A DNA stretch of 64,000 bases from a virus, in IMG/VR virus record IMGVR_UViG_3300028025_003409, positions 45,058-109,057 of that record. One strand, given 5' to 3'. Below the pieces are notes generated by a model. That model had not been told where the DNA came from and did not search any database. It worked only from the letters and a program-made list of their open reading frames with translations. Of the stretch, positions 9,912-18,799 are shown one piece after another (position 1 is the stretch's first letter; each line of letters starts with the position of its first letter). Position numbers and translations under genes: made by a program.

Positions 9912-10121
9912 TTAGTCTGATGTAGTGAGTGTTGATGTGGGGGTGAGTGAGTCTAGGTAATCTTGGCGTACCTTAGACATAACTCTATCTATCTGTGCAT
10001 AAGCATTAGCACACTTATAGCAATAGGTTTCTGTGTTGATGCCTAGCATAAAGGCATCTGTTCCACTATAGACTAACTCTGTTGAGTCGCAGTTAATTAC
10101 CTTGCATGTATTTGTGTTCAT
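9912..10121 (-). CDS. small Cys-containing hypothetical protein
   Basis: CxxxxC...CxxC; purine-rich RBS. Confidence 0.55.
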   Translation of the reverse strand: MNTNTCKVINCDSTELVYSGTDAFMLGINTETYCYKCANAYAQIDRVMSKVRQDYLDSLTPTSTLTTSD

Positions 10122-10272
10122 TTATTTATCTCTTTTCTGTAGTGCATGAGCAGGGGTTGATTGTTATTTGTTTTCCTTTTTGTGTAACTACCGCTAGGGT
10201 GTTACATGATGAGCATAGGTATAGGTGCATTAGAATTCACTTTCCTTATCTAGCATGGTGGGGACTAGTACA

Positions 10273-10294
10273 ATTATAGTGCATAGCACTGACA
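10273..10294 (-). promoter_or_regulatory. PafBC/RecA-NDp-type promoter
   Basis: reverse strand TGTCAG-tgctatgcac-TATAAT. Confidence 0.7.
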
Positions 10295-10321
10295 AAACTA
10301 GGATGATAATAGGTAGGCTCA

Positions 10322-10498
10322 TTAGATACACTCCTCACATGGGCATTGTGGGAATTCTGCATCTTGCTTAATGCGATTAGCAAGGGCAATAACCTTTTTA
10401 TAGGTATCGGCAGACGCACCCCTAAAGGATACTACCTTACCCTCGGCTACTAATTGAGCAGCCTTATTTATTTTTTGTTCTAGTGTTAATGTAGTCAT
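10322..10498 (-). CDS. small hypothetical protein (58 aa, below ORF track cutoff)
   Basis: AGAAAGGTGG RBS; MTTLTLEQKINKAAQLVAEG...QCPCEECI. Confidence 0.6.
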   Translation of the reverse strand: MTTLTLEQKINKAAQLVAEGKVVSFRGASADTYKKVIALANRIKQDAEFPQCPCEECI

Positions 10499-10552
10499 TT
10501 GATGACCACCTTTCTTTTTAATGCGATATCTATTTGATACCTTTTTCCTTGA

Positions 10553-10626
10553 CCTAGGTTATTTGCTCTTATTTGCTACGCTCACCCGATAATCGGTTTA
10601 TTTGGTAGGCTCAGAGGCTCACTAGG
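10553..10626 (-). ncRNA. double-GAGCCUAGCAAAUAA structured RNA, copy A
   Basis: outer stem CCUAG/CUAGG, inner CCGA/UCGG hairpin, downstream of a TTGATA-17-TAGACT promoter. Confidence 0.55.
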
Positions 10627-10736
10627 ATTTTTCTTTATTTAATTTTTCTTACTATGTAAGTCTAGCAAAAAATCTAATAAATATCAACTTACTAGCCAGT
10701 ATTCTCATATAATGAGACGCTTGGGCTATGTGATTT

Positions 10737-10798
10737 AGGTCACTTATTTGCTAGGCTCATATAACTTTTTGTTATCTTATTTGCTAGGCTCATAACCT
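10737..10798 (-). ncRNA. double-GAGCCUAGCAAAUAA structured RNA, copy B
   Basis: outer stem AGGUUA/UGACCU, inner AUAAC/GUUAU hairpin, two exact motif copies, downstream of TTGACT..TATTAT. Confidence 0.6.
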
Positions 10799-10819
10799 TT
10801 TATCTCTATTTAATTTTTC

Positions 10820-11065
10820 TTATACTAGTATAATAACACATCTACCCCTAAAAGTCAAGTCCTAGCACGGCGTGTCGTGTGTGATATGCGTCACATGGGG
10901 ACGTGCATGATCTACCCCCTATACAGGTACCCCCTATCTAGGACGTGCCCTGTGGATAACCTGTGTATAACTATAGTGGTATACATCACATGTGTGCTAC
11001 ATCACAATGTCCAATTTATACCTTTTATACCCTCGTAAATGTCAGACCCCCCTGTTATACTTACT
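10820..11065. promoter_or_regulatory. divergent control hub of the early region
   Basis: leftward TTGACT promoter, CGGCGTGTCG, TGTGA-N6-TCACA (10880), GGACGTG x2, TACCCCCTAT x2, DnaA boxes (10951, 10962), rightward TGTCAG-N10-TATACT (11040). Confidence 0.75.
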
Positions 11066-11113
11066 AGTATAAAGAAAGTCAGAAAAGGTTTCTGAACTAG
11101 AAAGGACAATAAA

Positions 11114-11287
11114 ATGTCAAACAGTATTTTCGGTCAAGGTTTCGCTAAGGTTAGCGATTACCCTAAAGGTCTAATGAACCTCTGCCCTTGTGGGCAGGTA
11201 GTCTTAGCACCTGCTAAGTATCACGCAGGTCAGCCTTGGTGGGATAACCCCAACAAGTGTAAAGAATTATTCGAAGGAGTAAAATAA
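11114..11287 (+). CDS. small hypothetical early protein
   Basis: AGAAAGGA RBS; MSNSIFGQGF...CPCGQ... Confidence 0.6.
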   Translation: MSNSIFGQGFAKVSDYPKGLMNLCPCGQVVLAPAKYHAGQPWWDNPNKCKELFEGVK

Positions 11288-11416
11288 ATGAACTTAGATG
11301 AATACAAGCAAATGATAGAGGCTCAACGCCTCACCTCTTTAGCAATAGCGTTAGACGCTCTACGCAAATCCAATGCCATAATGGAAAACACTTTCAATTT
11401 AGAGGAGAATGAATAA

Positions 11417-11683
11417 ATGAAAACACTTCAAGAAAAATTAGACCTTGCTGCAAAAGCAGTTGAGCCAGTTTTAGCAGAATTGCTAAATGAGGTTGATGAA
11501 AAAACCGACTATGAATTAGAACAAGAATTGCAAGAGCAATTTGATGAATACATAAATGATTCGCATGACCCAGTAATGATTGCAGGAATTTTATTTTATC
11601 CTGCTGACATTCTAAAAGAATGCGACCCAATCGCTTATCGTGTTTTTCTAAATGATTTTGAATCGTATTTAGAAAACGAATAA
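11417..11683 (+). CDS. acidic hypothetical early protein
   Basis: GAGGAG RBS; ILKECDPIAYR motif. Confidence 0.6.
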   Translation: MKTLQEKLDLAAKAVEPVLAELLNEVDEKTDYELEQELQEQFDEYINDSHDPVMIAGILFYPADILKECDPIAYRVFLNDFESYLENE

Positions 11684-11760
11684 ATAAAAACCAAGATCGC
11701 AGAAATAAAACTCTGCGATTTTTTGGGACGTCCCGTGTGATGCGAATCACATTCAAAATA

Positions 11761-11801
11761 CGGCGTGTCGTCTTGACTTTTTGAGATTTCTCTGCTATAC
11801 T
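11761..11801 (+). promoter_or_regulatory. SigA-type promoter with upstream GTGTC (GACAC) element
   Basis: CGGCGTGTCG-tc-TTGACT-17-TATACT with extended TG. Confidence 0.8.
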
Positions 11802-12048
11802 TCTAGTATAAAGAAAATTGAGAAAGGTTCTCAAATTGAAAGGAGTCCAAATGGACTATAACGAATACTATGATGAAATTTATCTAGAAATCTATGAGGA
11901 GTTTGGCGCTGAAAGCGTATCAGACCCAGCCTACGCTGAATCTCTAAAAAAGTGATGTAAATCACACAACGCCTACGGCGTGTCGCCTTGACTTTTCAGG
12001 GTATGTGTGATAGTCTTACTACATAAGAAAAACTAAATAAAGGACAAA

Positions 12049-12116
12049 TTGGCTAATGAGCCTAAGCAAATAAATGTGATACAAATCACAGTGAGCCTTA
12101 GCGAATAAGTAGCCGA
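12049..12116 (+). ncRNA. double-GAGCCUAGCAAAUAA structured RNA, copy C
   Basis: outer stem UUGGCUA/UAGCCGA, inner UGUGAU/AUCACA hairpin, downstream of TTGACT-17-TAGTCT. Confidence 0.55.
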
Positions 12117-12173
12117 AATGTCAGCCCCCAATGGTAAGATAGTCTTATCAAACAAACGAAAGGAAGTCTAAAA

Positions 12174-12371
12174 ATGACTTACACTATAACACTAGAAACC
12201 TTTTCAGGTTCTACAAAAAAAATCAACCTTGCCTCTAAGGGTGCGGTTGCTCAATTCATCTCAACTTATCCAACTCAACTACCTGTTGGCGTTGCTGTAA
12301 AAATCGCTTGCGATACCCTCGGAATTAGTGGCACACTTCGTGGCACTTCTACACTTACAAAATCAAACTAA
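12174..12371 (+). CDS. hypothetical early protein
   Basis: GAAAGGAAG RBS; follows TGTCAG-N10-TAAGAT promoter at 12119. Confidence 0.65.
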   Translation: MTYTITLETFSGSTKKINLASKGAVAQFISTYPTQLPVGVAVKIACDTLGISGTLRGTSTLTKSN

Positions 12372-12390
12372 AGAATAGGAAATAAAATAA

Positions 12391-12597
12391 ATGACTAAAG
12401 TAGAACACTCTCTAAAGTTCGTAACCGAGTTCGATGAAACTCACCCAGTAGCACTACAAGCACTATCTATCCCTCACTCAGATTTGGTTGCTATGCTTGA
12501 AGGAATGCTAAAAGATTTGCTAGTGCCTGCCCTCGGTCCTGTACTTGATGAAATAAATGCTCGTGGCACTTATGCAATTCTAAAGGTGGCCGAGTAA
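12391..12597 (+). CDS. hypothetical early protein
   Basis: AGGA RBS, operonic. Confidence 0.6.
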   Translation: MTKVEHSLKFVTEFDETHPVALQALSIPHSDLVAMLEGMLKDLLVPALGPVLDEINARGTYAILKVAE

Positions 12598-12782
12598 TGA
12601 TGACACGCAAGGACTATGTTGCAACTGCTGAAATTCTTTCATCATTCAAAGATTTGATAGGTGATGAATTTACTTTTCACGACTTAGTTGATGAATTTGG
12701 TTCAATGTTTGAAGCAGATAATCCAAGATTTGATTCAACTAAATTTTTTGAAGCGTGTAACAAAGACACTTACTAAATAAAA

Positions 12783-12810
12783 AAATCCTGAGCAAGATTT
12801 AAAACTGCTC
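12783..12810 (+). ncRNA. small H-type pseudoknot element, copy 1
   Basis: AAAUC/GAUUU and GAGCA/UGCUC interleaved stems. Confidence 0.6.
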
Positions 12811-13302
12811 CACACTCAAAATTTTGGGACGTCGCGTTCGGGCGTGTCGTCCACATGACGCAGATCACATTCAGAATTGAGCGTGAGTTATCCACATGAC
12901 CTACATCACATTTCAAAATGTCCGATTTGTGGCATTACTGGTCAGTAGATGTCAGACCCCCCTGCTATACTTACTAGTATAAAGAAAGTCAATCAAGGTG
13001 ATTGAACTAGAAAGGAATTCAAATGAATTCAACAATTATCAAGTGTGTAGAACACACACCCTTCAAGTCTGCTATCTCAGAGGTTGCAGATACACAATTT
13101 ACTTTTTGTGAAATTTGTGAAAATAACATTGAGCGTTGGTATAACGATACCGACCCTGAGCGTCTACCAATGTGGACAGATTGGAAGGTATCTAAATGAT
13201 AGACTTCGTAAAACAATTAGAATTAGAAAACTATCTTGCAGACGAGCAAGTAGACCCACTAGCAAAAATGCTAGATGAACTAATAAAGAAAGGAGAATAC
13301 AA

Positions 13303-13539
13303 ATGAGTCTATCCCTTGCTAATAAAATCGCAAAAGATAAATTCTTTCTGCCCCCTTCAAAATACATAAACCACAAAGTCGTGGAGATTGTATCTTTAAA
13401 TGAGGATAGCGGTATCGCTACTGTAATCCTAGAAAAATACACAATAGGCAGAAATGCTAATGTGTATAAAAATAATAATGTGTTCACAATTGAATTGCCT
13501 TATTCCGAATTTCAAAATCTAAATGGTTGGAGTGAATAA
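13303..13539 (+). CDS. hypothetical early protein
   Basis: AAAGGAG RBS. Confidence 0.6.
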   Translation: MSLSLANKIAKDKFFLPPSKYINHKVVEIVSLNEDSGIATVILEKYTIGRNANVYKNNNVFTIELPYSEFQNLNGWSE

Positions 13540-14182
13540 ATGAGTACCTATGTACCAATTAAATCTGTATGTGGTGCAGTAACTACCACAATTGACATCT
13601 ATGACATTGAGTTAAATCCTCACGGAGTAATCTGTTGCGATAACTGCAAGTCAATCATTCTATGCCGTAAGGCTTGGGATTTTCTATACAAGGAGAATAA
13701 GTAATGCCACTATTTGAATTTACAACATTTATAAATGTTGAAGCAGAAGACTATGACTCTGCTATTGCTATGTTTGACTCTAATTTAGAGTATGGTGGAA
13801 TTCGCAGAAGCGATGTTTATGTCGCAGAAATTGAGGAAAAGTAAAATGAGTTTTTATCAAACCTTTTTTGAAAGTGGCAACGCATTGTTTTGGTTTTCAA
13901 TGATCTGCTTAGCAAGTGGATTTTATTTATTTGTAAAAGAGTAGAAAAACGGGACGTCGCGTTCGGGCGTGTCGCCACGCTGTGAGATTTATCACATGGC
14001 TTGAGCGTCTCAGTATTTGGACTTACTGGCTAGTAACTTGATAATTTGTGAGTAATAGGCTAGACTTACATAGTAAGTAAAAATAAATAAAAGAAAGTCT
14101 ATCCCACTACGGCGTGTCTAACCGAAAATGTCAGACCCCTATGGTAGGATAGAATTATCAACAAAAAGAAAGAGGTTGGCAA

Positions 14183-14389
14183 ATGTCAGCAAATGTCTAT
14201 ACAATAGAACACCTACTTGTAGGAACACAATACCGCTCACGAACACTATCGGGAGAAATTATCTCAGCAGAGAAACACCCTAACGCAGTTTGGTATCAGG
14301 GTTGCGAAAGTTATCTAGTGGAAGTGCGCCCTAGTAATTTTGGAAAAGTCGTATGTCGCACAGTAGCAGTAAAGGTAGAAAATAACTAA
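14183..14389 (+). CDS. hypothetical early protein
   Basis: AGAGG RBS after TGTCAG-N10-TAGGAT promoter at 14129. Confidence 0.65.
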   Translation: MSANVYTIEHLLVGTQYRSRTLSGEIISAEKHPNAVWYQGCESYLVEVRPSNFGKVVCRTVAVKVENN

Positions 14390-14662
14390 TGGGATACATA
14401 GAGATTTTTAGAATTGACAATGAGGGTGCAGGTTGGATAGACTTGGACAATGCAACACCTAGCGAATTGCTAGACCTAGAAATTGGCTTATTTCAGGAAG
14501 GGGCTATCTAATGGGAGTAATGAAAGAATTGCACTTAGAGATAACTACTTGCGACCTATGCTATGGCACAGGTTGGCTATACTTTGGCAATAGCGAGGAC
14601 TTTGATACAGAGTCTTGCGATTGTAACCCACACCAACTATTTATAACTAAGGAGAATAACTA

Positions 14663-14881
14663 ATGAACGAATACCTATACTCAGTAACAACAACTAATGA
14701 CGGAGAGGCTAAGCCGAATTGGATTGGTCGCTACTCAGACGCACTAAGTGCCGTTGAAGTTTATCAGAGATTTATTGACCACGGATTTGCTAACGAATTC
14801 CGTACAGTAAATTTATCAGAGCCTAGTGGCAAAATGCATACAAAAATTTTGTATCGCAGTGGAATTGTGGGAGGTAAGTAA
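14663..14881 (+). CDS. hypothetical early protein
   Basis: AAGGAG RBS. Confidence 0.6.
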   Translation: MNEYLYSVTTTNDGEAKPNWIGRYSDALSAVEVYQRFIDHGFANEFRTVNLSEPSGKMHTKILYRSGIVGGK

Positions 14882-15042
14882 ATGGACATAACTACTTTTG
14901 CAAAAGGAATGAGCAAGATTGCTCCGAATTATGGCATAGGGTATGATAACTATGGTCAGGTTATTATTTATACTAACCTAAAAGAAACTGAAAATAATCA
15001 GTATGCAGAAATGTCAGATAACGATTTTGAGGAGAATAAATA

Positions 15043-15330
15043 ATGGGATCAGTTACAGCAATTGGATTAGCGGATAGCGTATTGGATTTAGAAACTCAAT
15101 TGGCGTATCACTTACAGGGTAATCACTATCCACCCGTACCACTTTCTATGGTTCAGCCTTGCATAGAAGCAATTGACGCATACTATGATGAGGACTATGA
15201 CCGATTTATTGCTATGCCTGAAGGCGTATTCTATAAGGGAATGAGCCACGCACCTGCCCACGCAATTGTAGACCAACACCACTTGTCTTGGTTTATTGAC
15301 CCAGTAGACGAATTTGAAGATGAGGAATAA
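15043..15330 (+). CDS. hypothetical early protein
   Basis: GAGGAG RBS; HLQGNHYPPVP motif. Confidence 0.65.
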   Translation: MGSVTAIGLADSVLDLETQLAYHLQGNHYPPVPLSMVQPCIEAIDAYYDEDYDRFIAMPEGVFYKGMSHAPAHAIVDQHHLSWFIDPVDEFEDEE

Positions 15331-15331
15331 A

Positions 15332-15574
15332 ATGAATGCTACAATGAGCGACATGGAACTAATCGAGGCAGATACACTTGCACCAGACCAACTAATGATT
15401 GGTGATTTAATAAAAGTAAACAATGACATTCTTGAAGTTATTTTTATTGAAAGTGATTCTACTGGAGATAACTACGATGTACAAGTAAAAAATGAATTTG
15501 ATGAATTAGAAATAATTCAATTTGCTTATACTGATTCTATTCCATTGTATGTTTTTATTGACTACGATGAATAA
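15332..15574 (+). CDS. small acidic beta-barrel-like hypothetical protein
   Basis: PDQLMIGDLI motif; GAGG RBS. Confidence 0.55.
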   Translation: MNATMSDMELIEADTLAPDQLMIGDLIKVNNDILEVIFIESDSTGDNYDVQVKNEFDELEIIQFAYTDSIPLYVFIDYDE

Positions 15575-15799
15575 GTAAAACTATTTTTATGCACTTCCCC
15601 GCATAAAAATGGGACGTCCCGCAGTCGGGCGTGTCTGTGTATATCCTGTGGATAACTATGTGCTACTCATGAGTAACCCTTTAAATATTTCTTTAAGATA
15701 GTTTATTTTATTTTCCCCGATTCTGGGCAAAATTTTTTGTGATTTTTATCACACGATCAGGATTTGACATTTTTATGATATGTGTGTTAGTATTGTTAT

Positions 15800-15946
15800 A
15801 TGAAAAAAACAAATGAGGAACTCCGCAGGCTTATGGAACTACGCCGTAGCAACGCTGCCTCTGCCGTGCCTTCTAAAAGGGCTTACAATCGAAAGAAATG
15901 TCAGTCCGAACTGTTACAATATAAATATCAACAAAAAGGAGAATAG
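15800..15946 (+). CDS. small basic leaderless protein
   Basis: ATG 6 nt after TTGACA..TAGTAT; MKKTNEELRRLMELRRSNAASAVPSKRAYNRKK. Confidence 0.55.
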   Translation: MKKTNEELRRLMELRRSNAASAVPSKRAYNRKKCQSELLQYKYQQKGE

Positions 15947-16109
15947 CCCATGACCTACGAAAACGATGAAATGCTAGATGAATACTATGCAACTGTATGC
16001 CCCTCATGCAAAGAAAATGCGGTAGACGCATATGAAGATAAATGCACTCATTGCTTACTAGAAGAAATGTCTGTCCACTATAACGAAGACATTGCTCTAG
16101 AAATGAGTC

Positions 16110-16850
16110 TTGGCCTTGACTACTGATACACTTAAACTTAAACGCTCTAATGATAGAAAGGTGGCTAATCTTGTCACAAAAAATGGAAAGCAAGCCGCAA
16201 TCGCAAATACCTTTGGACTACCTGCTGGAAAGGCTTTCTCGTGCCCTGGTGCCACTAGCGTATGTGAAAGCGTGTGCTATGCAGGAAAACTCGAAAAACT
16301 CTTCAAAGGCGTAAAGGCTAACCTCTTACACAATTGGACCTTACTTAAGGACGCCGATCAATTAACTATGGAGACACTGTTAACTGAAATGATTAACGAT
16401 TTCCGTGCAGACTGTGTAAAGAAAGACGCCCCTATGCTATTCCGTATCCATTGGGACGGAGATTTCTTTAATGATATATACACTCATGCATGGAAGAATG
16501 TAATCAATAACAATCCTGATATTCAATTCTGGGTATATACCCGTGTTAAGTCTGCTGCACTTATACTTAAGGATGTATCTAATCTATCATTGTACTTCTC
16601 TGCAGATAGTGAGAATGTAAAAACCGCCGTTGACTTAAAAATTAATAGTGGCGTACGTATGGCATACCTTGCTAAGAACTTTGCTATTGGTCAAGCCGAT
16701 GTAAAAGAAATGATAGGCAGACCTGCTGCTAAGTGTCCTGAGAATAATAAACAAATTCCACTTATCTCAACTAACGGTAGCGCTTGCGTTTCATGCTCAC
16801 TTTGTGTATACTCTAAGAGTGATATCATATTCTCTGCGAGTAAAAAATAA
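16110..16850 (+). CDS. GP88-like / radical-SAM-like Fe-S protein
   Basis: SCPGATSVCESVCYA, FRIHWDGDF, C-terminal CP...CxxCxxC. Confidence 0.7.
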   Translation: MALTTDTLKLKRSNDRKVANLVTKNGKQAAIANTFGLPAGKAFSCPGATSVCESVCYAGKLEKLFKGVKANLLHNWTLLKDADQLTMETLLTEMINDFRADCVKKDAPMLFRIHWDGDFFNDIYTHAWKNVINNNPDIQFWVYTRVKSAALILKDVSNLSLYFSADSENVKTAVDLKINSGVRMAYLAKNFAIGQADVKEMIGRPAAKCPENNKQIPLISTNGSACVSCSLCVYSKSDIIFSASKK

Positions 16851-17096
16851 ATGAGCACTGCATTCTATTTTTGGATAATGCTAATACTACTAATAAGTTT
16901 ATTAGGTGGTGGTGGTTGGTGATGATCCCCTGAAAAATGGGGACGTCGCAAAATCTTTGATTTGTCAAATTACGACACGCATAAAAAATGTGGGGTTTAT
17001 CACACTAGAAAATGTCATTTGGATTAGGATTTATGACATTTTTATGCTAAAATTATACTATAAGCAAAACCCCCACAACAGAAAGGCAAGACCCAA

Positions 17097-17267
17097 ATGA
17101 CACTAGGCGGATACACTTACCAAATTGGTGATTTATTCACAACCAGCAAAACAGGCATTACGGGACGCATTAGCGATTTCACCCCTGTCAATGCTAAACT
17201 AACTAGAGTTTCATTACGCTTGGCAAACGGCGCACACCGATTTGCTATGGTAAAGACCTCTAAGTAA
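17097..17267 (+). CDS. small SH3-like protein, paralog 1
   Basis: TYQIGDLFTTSKTGITGRI; own promoter and AGAAAGG RBS. Confidence 0.6.
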   Translation: MTLGGYTYQIGDLFTTSKTGITGRISDFTPVNAKLTRVSLRLANGAHRFAMVKTSK

Positions 17268-17374
17268 TCTCAAAATGTGAGAAAATGTCGAAATGGATTT
17301 GACATTTCTACAAGCAAAATGTTATACTTAGGTATAACCAAATAACAACCCCTAACAGAAAAGAGAAAAAACAA

Positions 17375-17539
17375 ATGGCAGTAAATACAGCAACATACAA
17401 GGTCGGCGATACTTTCACGACACAGAAGTCAAAGGTTAGCGGAGTAATCACAGAGATTACACCACAGGCTAACGGAAATGTCCGAGTAAAGTTAGATGTA
17501 GATGGCAAGCCACGCTACACAACTTGGACGGCTAAGTAA
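17375..17539 (+). CDS. small SH3-like protein, paralog 2
   Basis: TYKVGDTFTTQKSKVSGVI; TTGACA-18-TATACT promoter. Confidence 0.6.
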   Translation: MAVNTATYKVGDTFTTQKSKVSGVITEITPQANGNVRVKLDVDGKPRYTTWTAK

Positions 17540-17590
17540 TCTAATTACTAAGTGTCGGGCGTACAGGCACTATAAATAAGGGGCGAGAAC

Positions 17591-17618
17591 GAACCTGAGC
17601 AAGTTCCAAAAAGGCTCA
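17591..17618 (+). ncRNA. small H-type pseudoknot element, copy 2
   Basis: GAAC/GUUC and UGAGC/GCUCA. Confidence 0.5.
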
Positions 17619-17652
17619 ACACCCCCACTAACAGAAAAGGAAACAAAAACAA

Positions 17653-18075
17653 ATGGCAAGAGGCAAAGCAATCTCAGTAAAAATCCCTACTCAACGAGTA
17701 ATCACCGCACTAGAGTCTGCACTAGCAAAACTAGAGTCAGACTACGCATCACAAGAACAAAAGGAAGCACAGTACCAACTTCTATACAAGGCTTGGCAGA
17801 AAGAGTTAGCAGATTTCGCTATTGCTAATTTCTCAAAGGCTGAGAACATTAGAACAAACTTCCGTTCTTGGAACAAGACCCTCAACATTGACTTCGACAT
17901 TATTGGTAGCGAAAGCAATTTCCCTGCTGAACCTGAGAAGCAACACGAAACTATCCATCAGCACACTTATCGTGAGCAAAAAGAGGAAATGCAAAATGCA
18001 ATTCGTATCCTCAAAATGACAGATGAGGAAGTTGTAAATACTTCCACATACAATGCGGTTGCTCGCTATCTCTAA
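17653..18075 (+). CDS. hypothetical protein
   Basis: AAAGGA RBS, 140 aa. Confidence 0.7.
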   Translation: MARGKAISVKIPTQRVITALESALAKLESDYASQEQKEAQYQLLYKAWQKELADFAIANFSKAENIRTNFRSWNKTLNIDFDIIGSESNFPAEPEKQHETIHQHTYREQKEEMQNAIRILKMTDEEVVNTSTYNAVARYL

Positions 18076-18082
18076 GTGAGAT

Positions 18083-18264
18083 TGGGTGGGGTGTAAAAGC
18101 CCCACTCATTATCCCCTGAGTTCCACGCTATTTATAGCAAGTGTCCCCTGGGGATCCTTCGCCAGGCTGATTAGGGCGATAACAGAAATACTATAGAGCC
18201 AGTTCACACCAACTGCAAGAAGTGTAACTACCTGAGTAAGTATCAAAACTGCTCCCCGCAAGGG
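18083..18264 (+). ncRNA. run of structured RNA elements ending in pseudoknot copy 3
   Basis: successive stems UGGGUGGGGU/GCCCCACUCA, AUCCCC/GGGGAU, UCGCC/GGCGA, then UAC/GUA + GAGUA/UGCUC. Confidence 0.5.
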
Positions 18265-18329
18265 TCCTTGACAAATGTCAGTGGTCTCGTGTACAATTAA
18301 ATTAAACAAACTAACAGAAAGAGGCCCCC

Positions 18330-18749
18330 ATGGACCAAACAACAAACACAGTAGTGAATGCCACAGAAGACTTTCTTCGTGACTCACTAGCCAAAGCAAC
18401 ATTGCGTGTTACAGAATTAGAGGAGCACATCTCTAAGGTTACGCAGCGCTCATATGCAGAGTCTGCAGATAAGAATCGTATCGTTGAAGCAATGCAAGAG
18501 TGGACCCTTGGGGCCCTTGAGCACGGCACCATTGATGAATCAGATGCAGAAGAAATTGCAGACATCTGTGGATTTGAACTAACGAAAGAATTCGAAGTTG
18601 AAGTCACAGTCATGTATTCGGTTACCGTAAATGCTCGCACTGAAGAGGATGCACAGAATGCAATTCATGATATTGATTTTGATACTGTAGACTACAATTC
18701 AGATTCAATTTCATATCTATCATCCTCAATTGATAGAGTTGACATTTAG
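18330..18749 (+). CDS. acidic hypothetical protein
   Basis: AGAGG RBS after dual TTGACA/TGTCAG promoter at 18268-18297. Confidence 0.7.
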   Translation: MDQTTNTVVNATEDFLRDSLAKATLRVTELEEHISKVTQRSYAESADKNRIVEAMQEWTLGALEHGTIDESDAEEIADICGFELTKEFEVEVTVMYSVTVNARTEEDAQNAIHDIDFDTVDYNSDSISYLSSSIDRVDI

Positions 18750-18767
18750 TAGGGGGCTACTAACAAA

Positions 18768-18799
18768 AGACCTGAGCATGTCTGTACGTAAACTGCTCA
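18768..18799 (+). ncRNA. small H-type pseudoknot element, copy 4
   Basis: AGAC/GUCU and UGAGCA/UGCUCA. Confidence 0.6.

Noticed and set aside
10553-12116. GAGCCTAGCAAATAA repeats as a mini CRISPR array
   Set aside because: Repeats are about 15 nt, the intervening parts are short self-complementary hairpins, and there are only two or three units per locus
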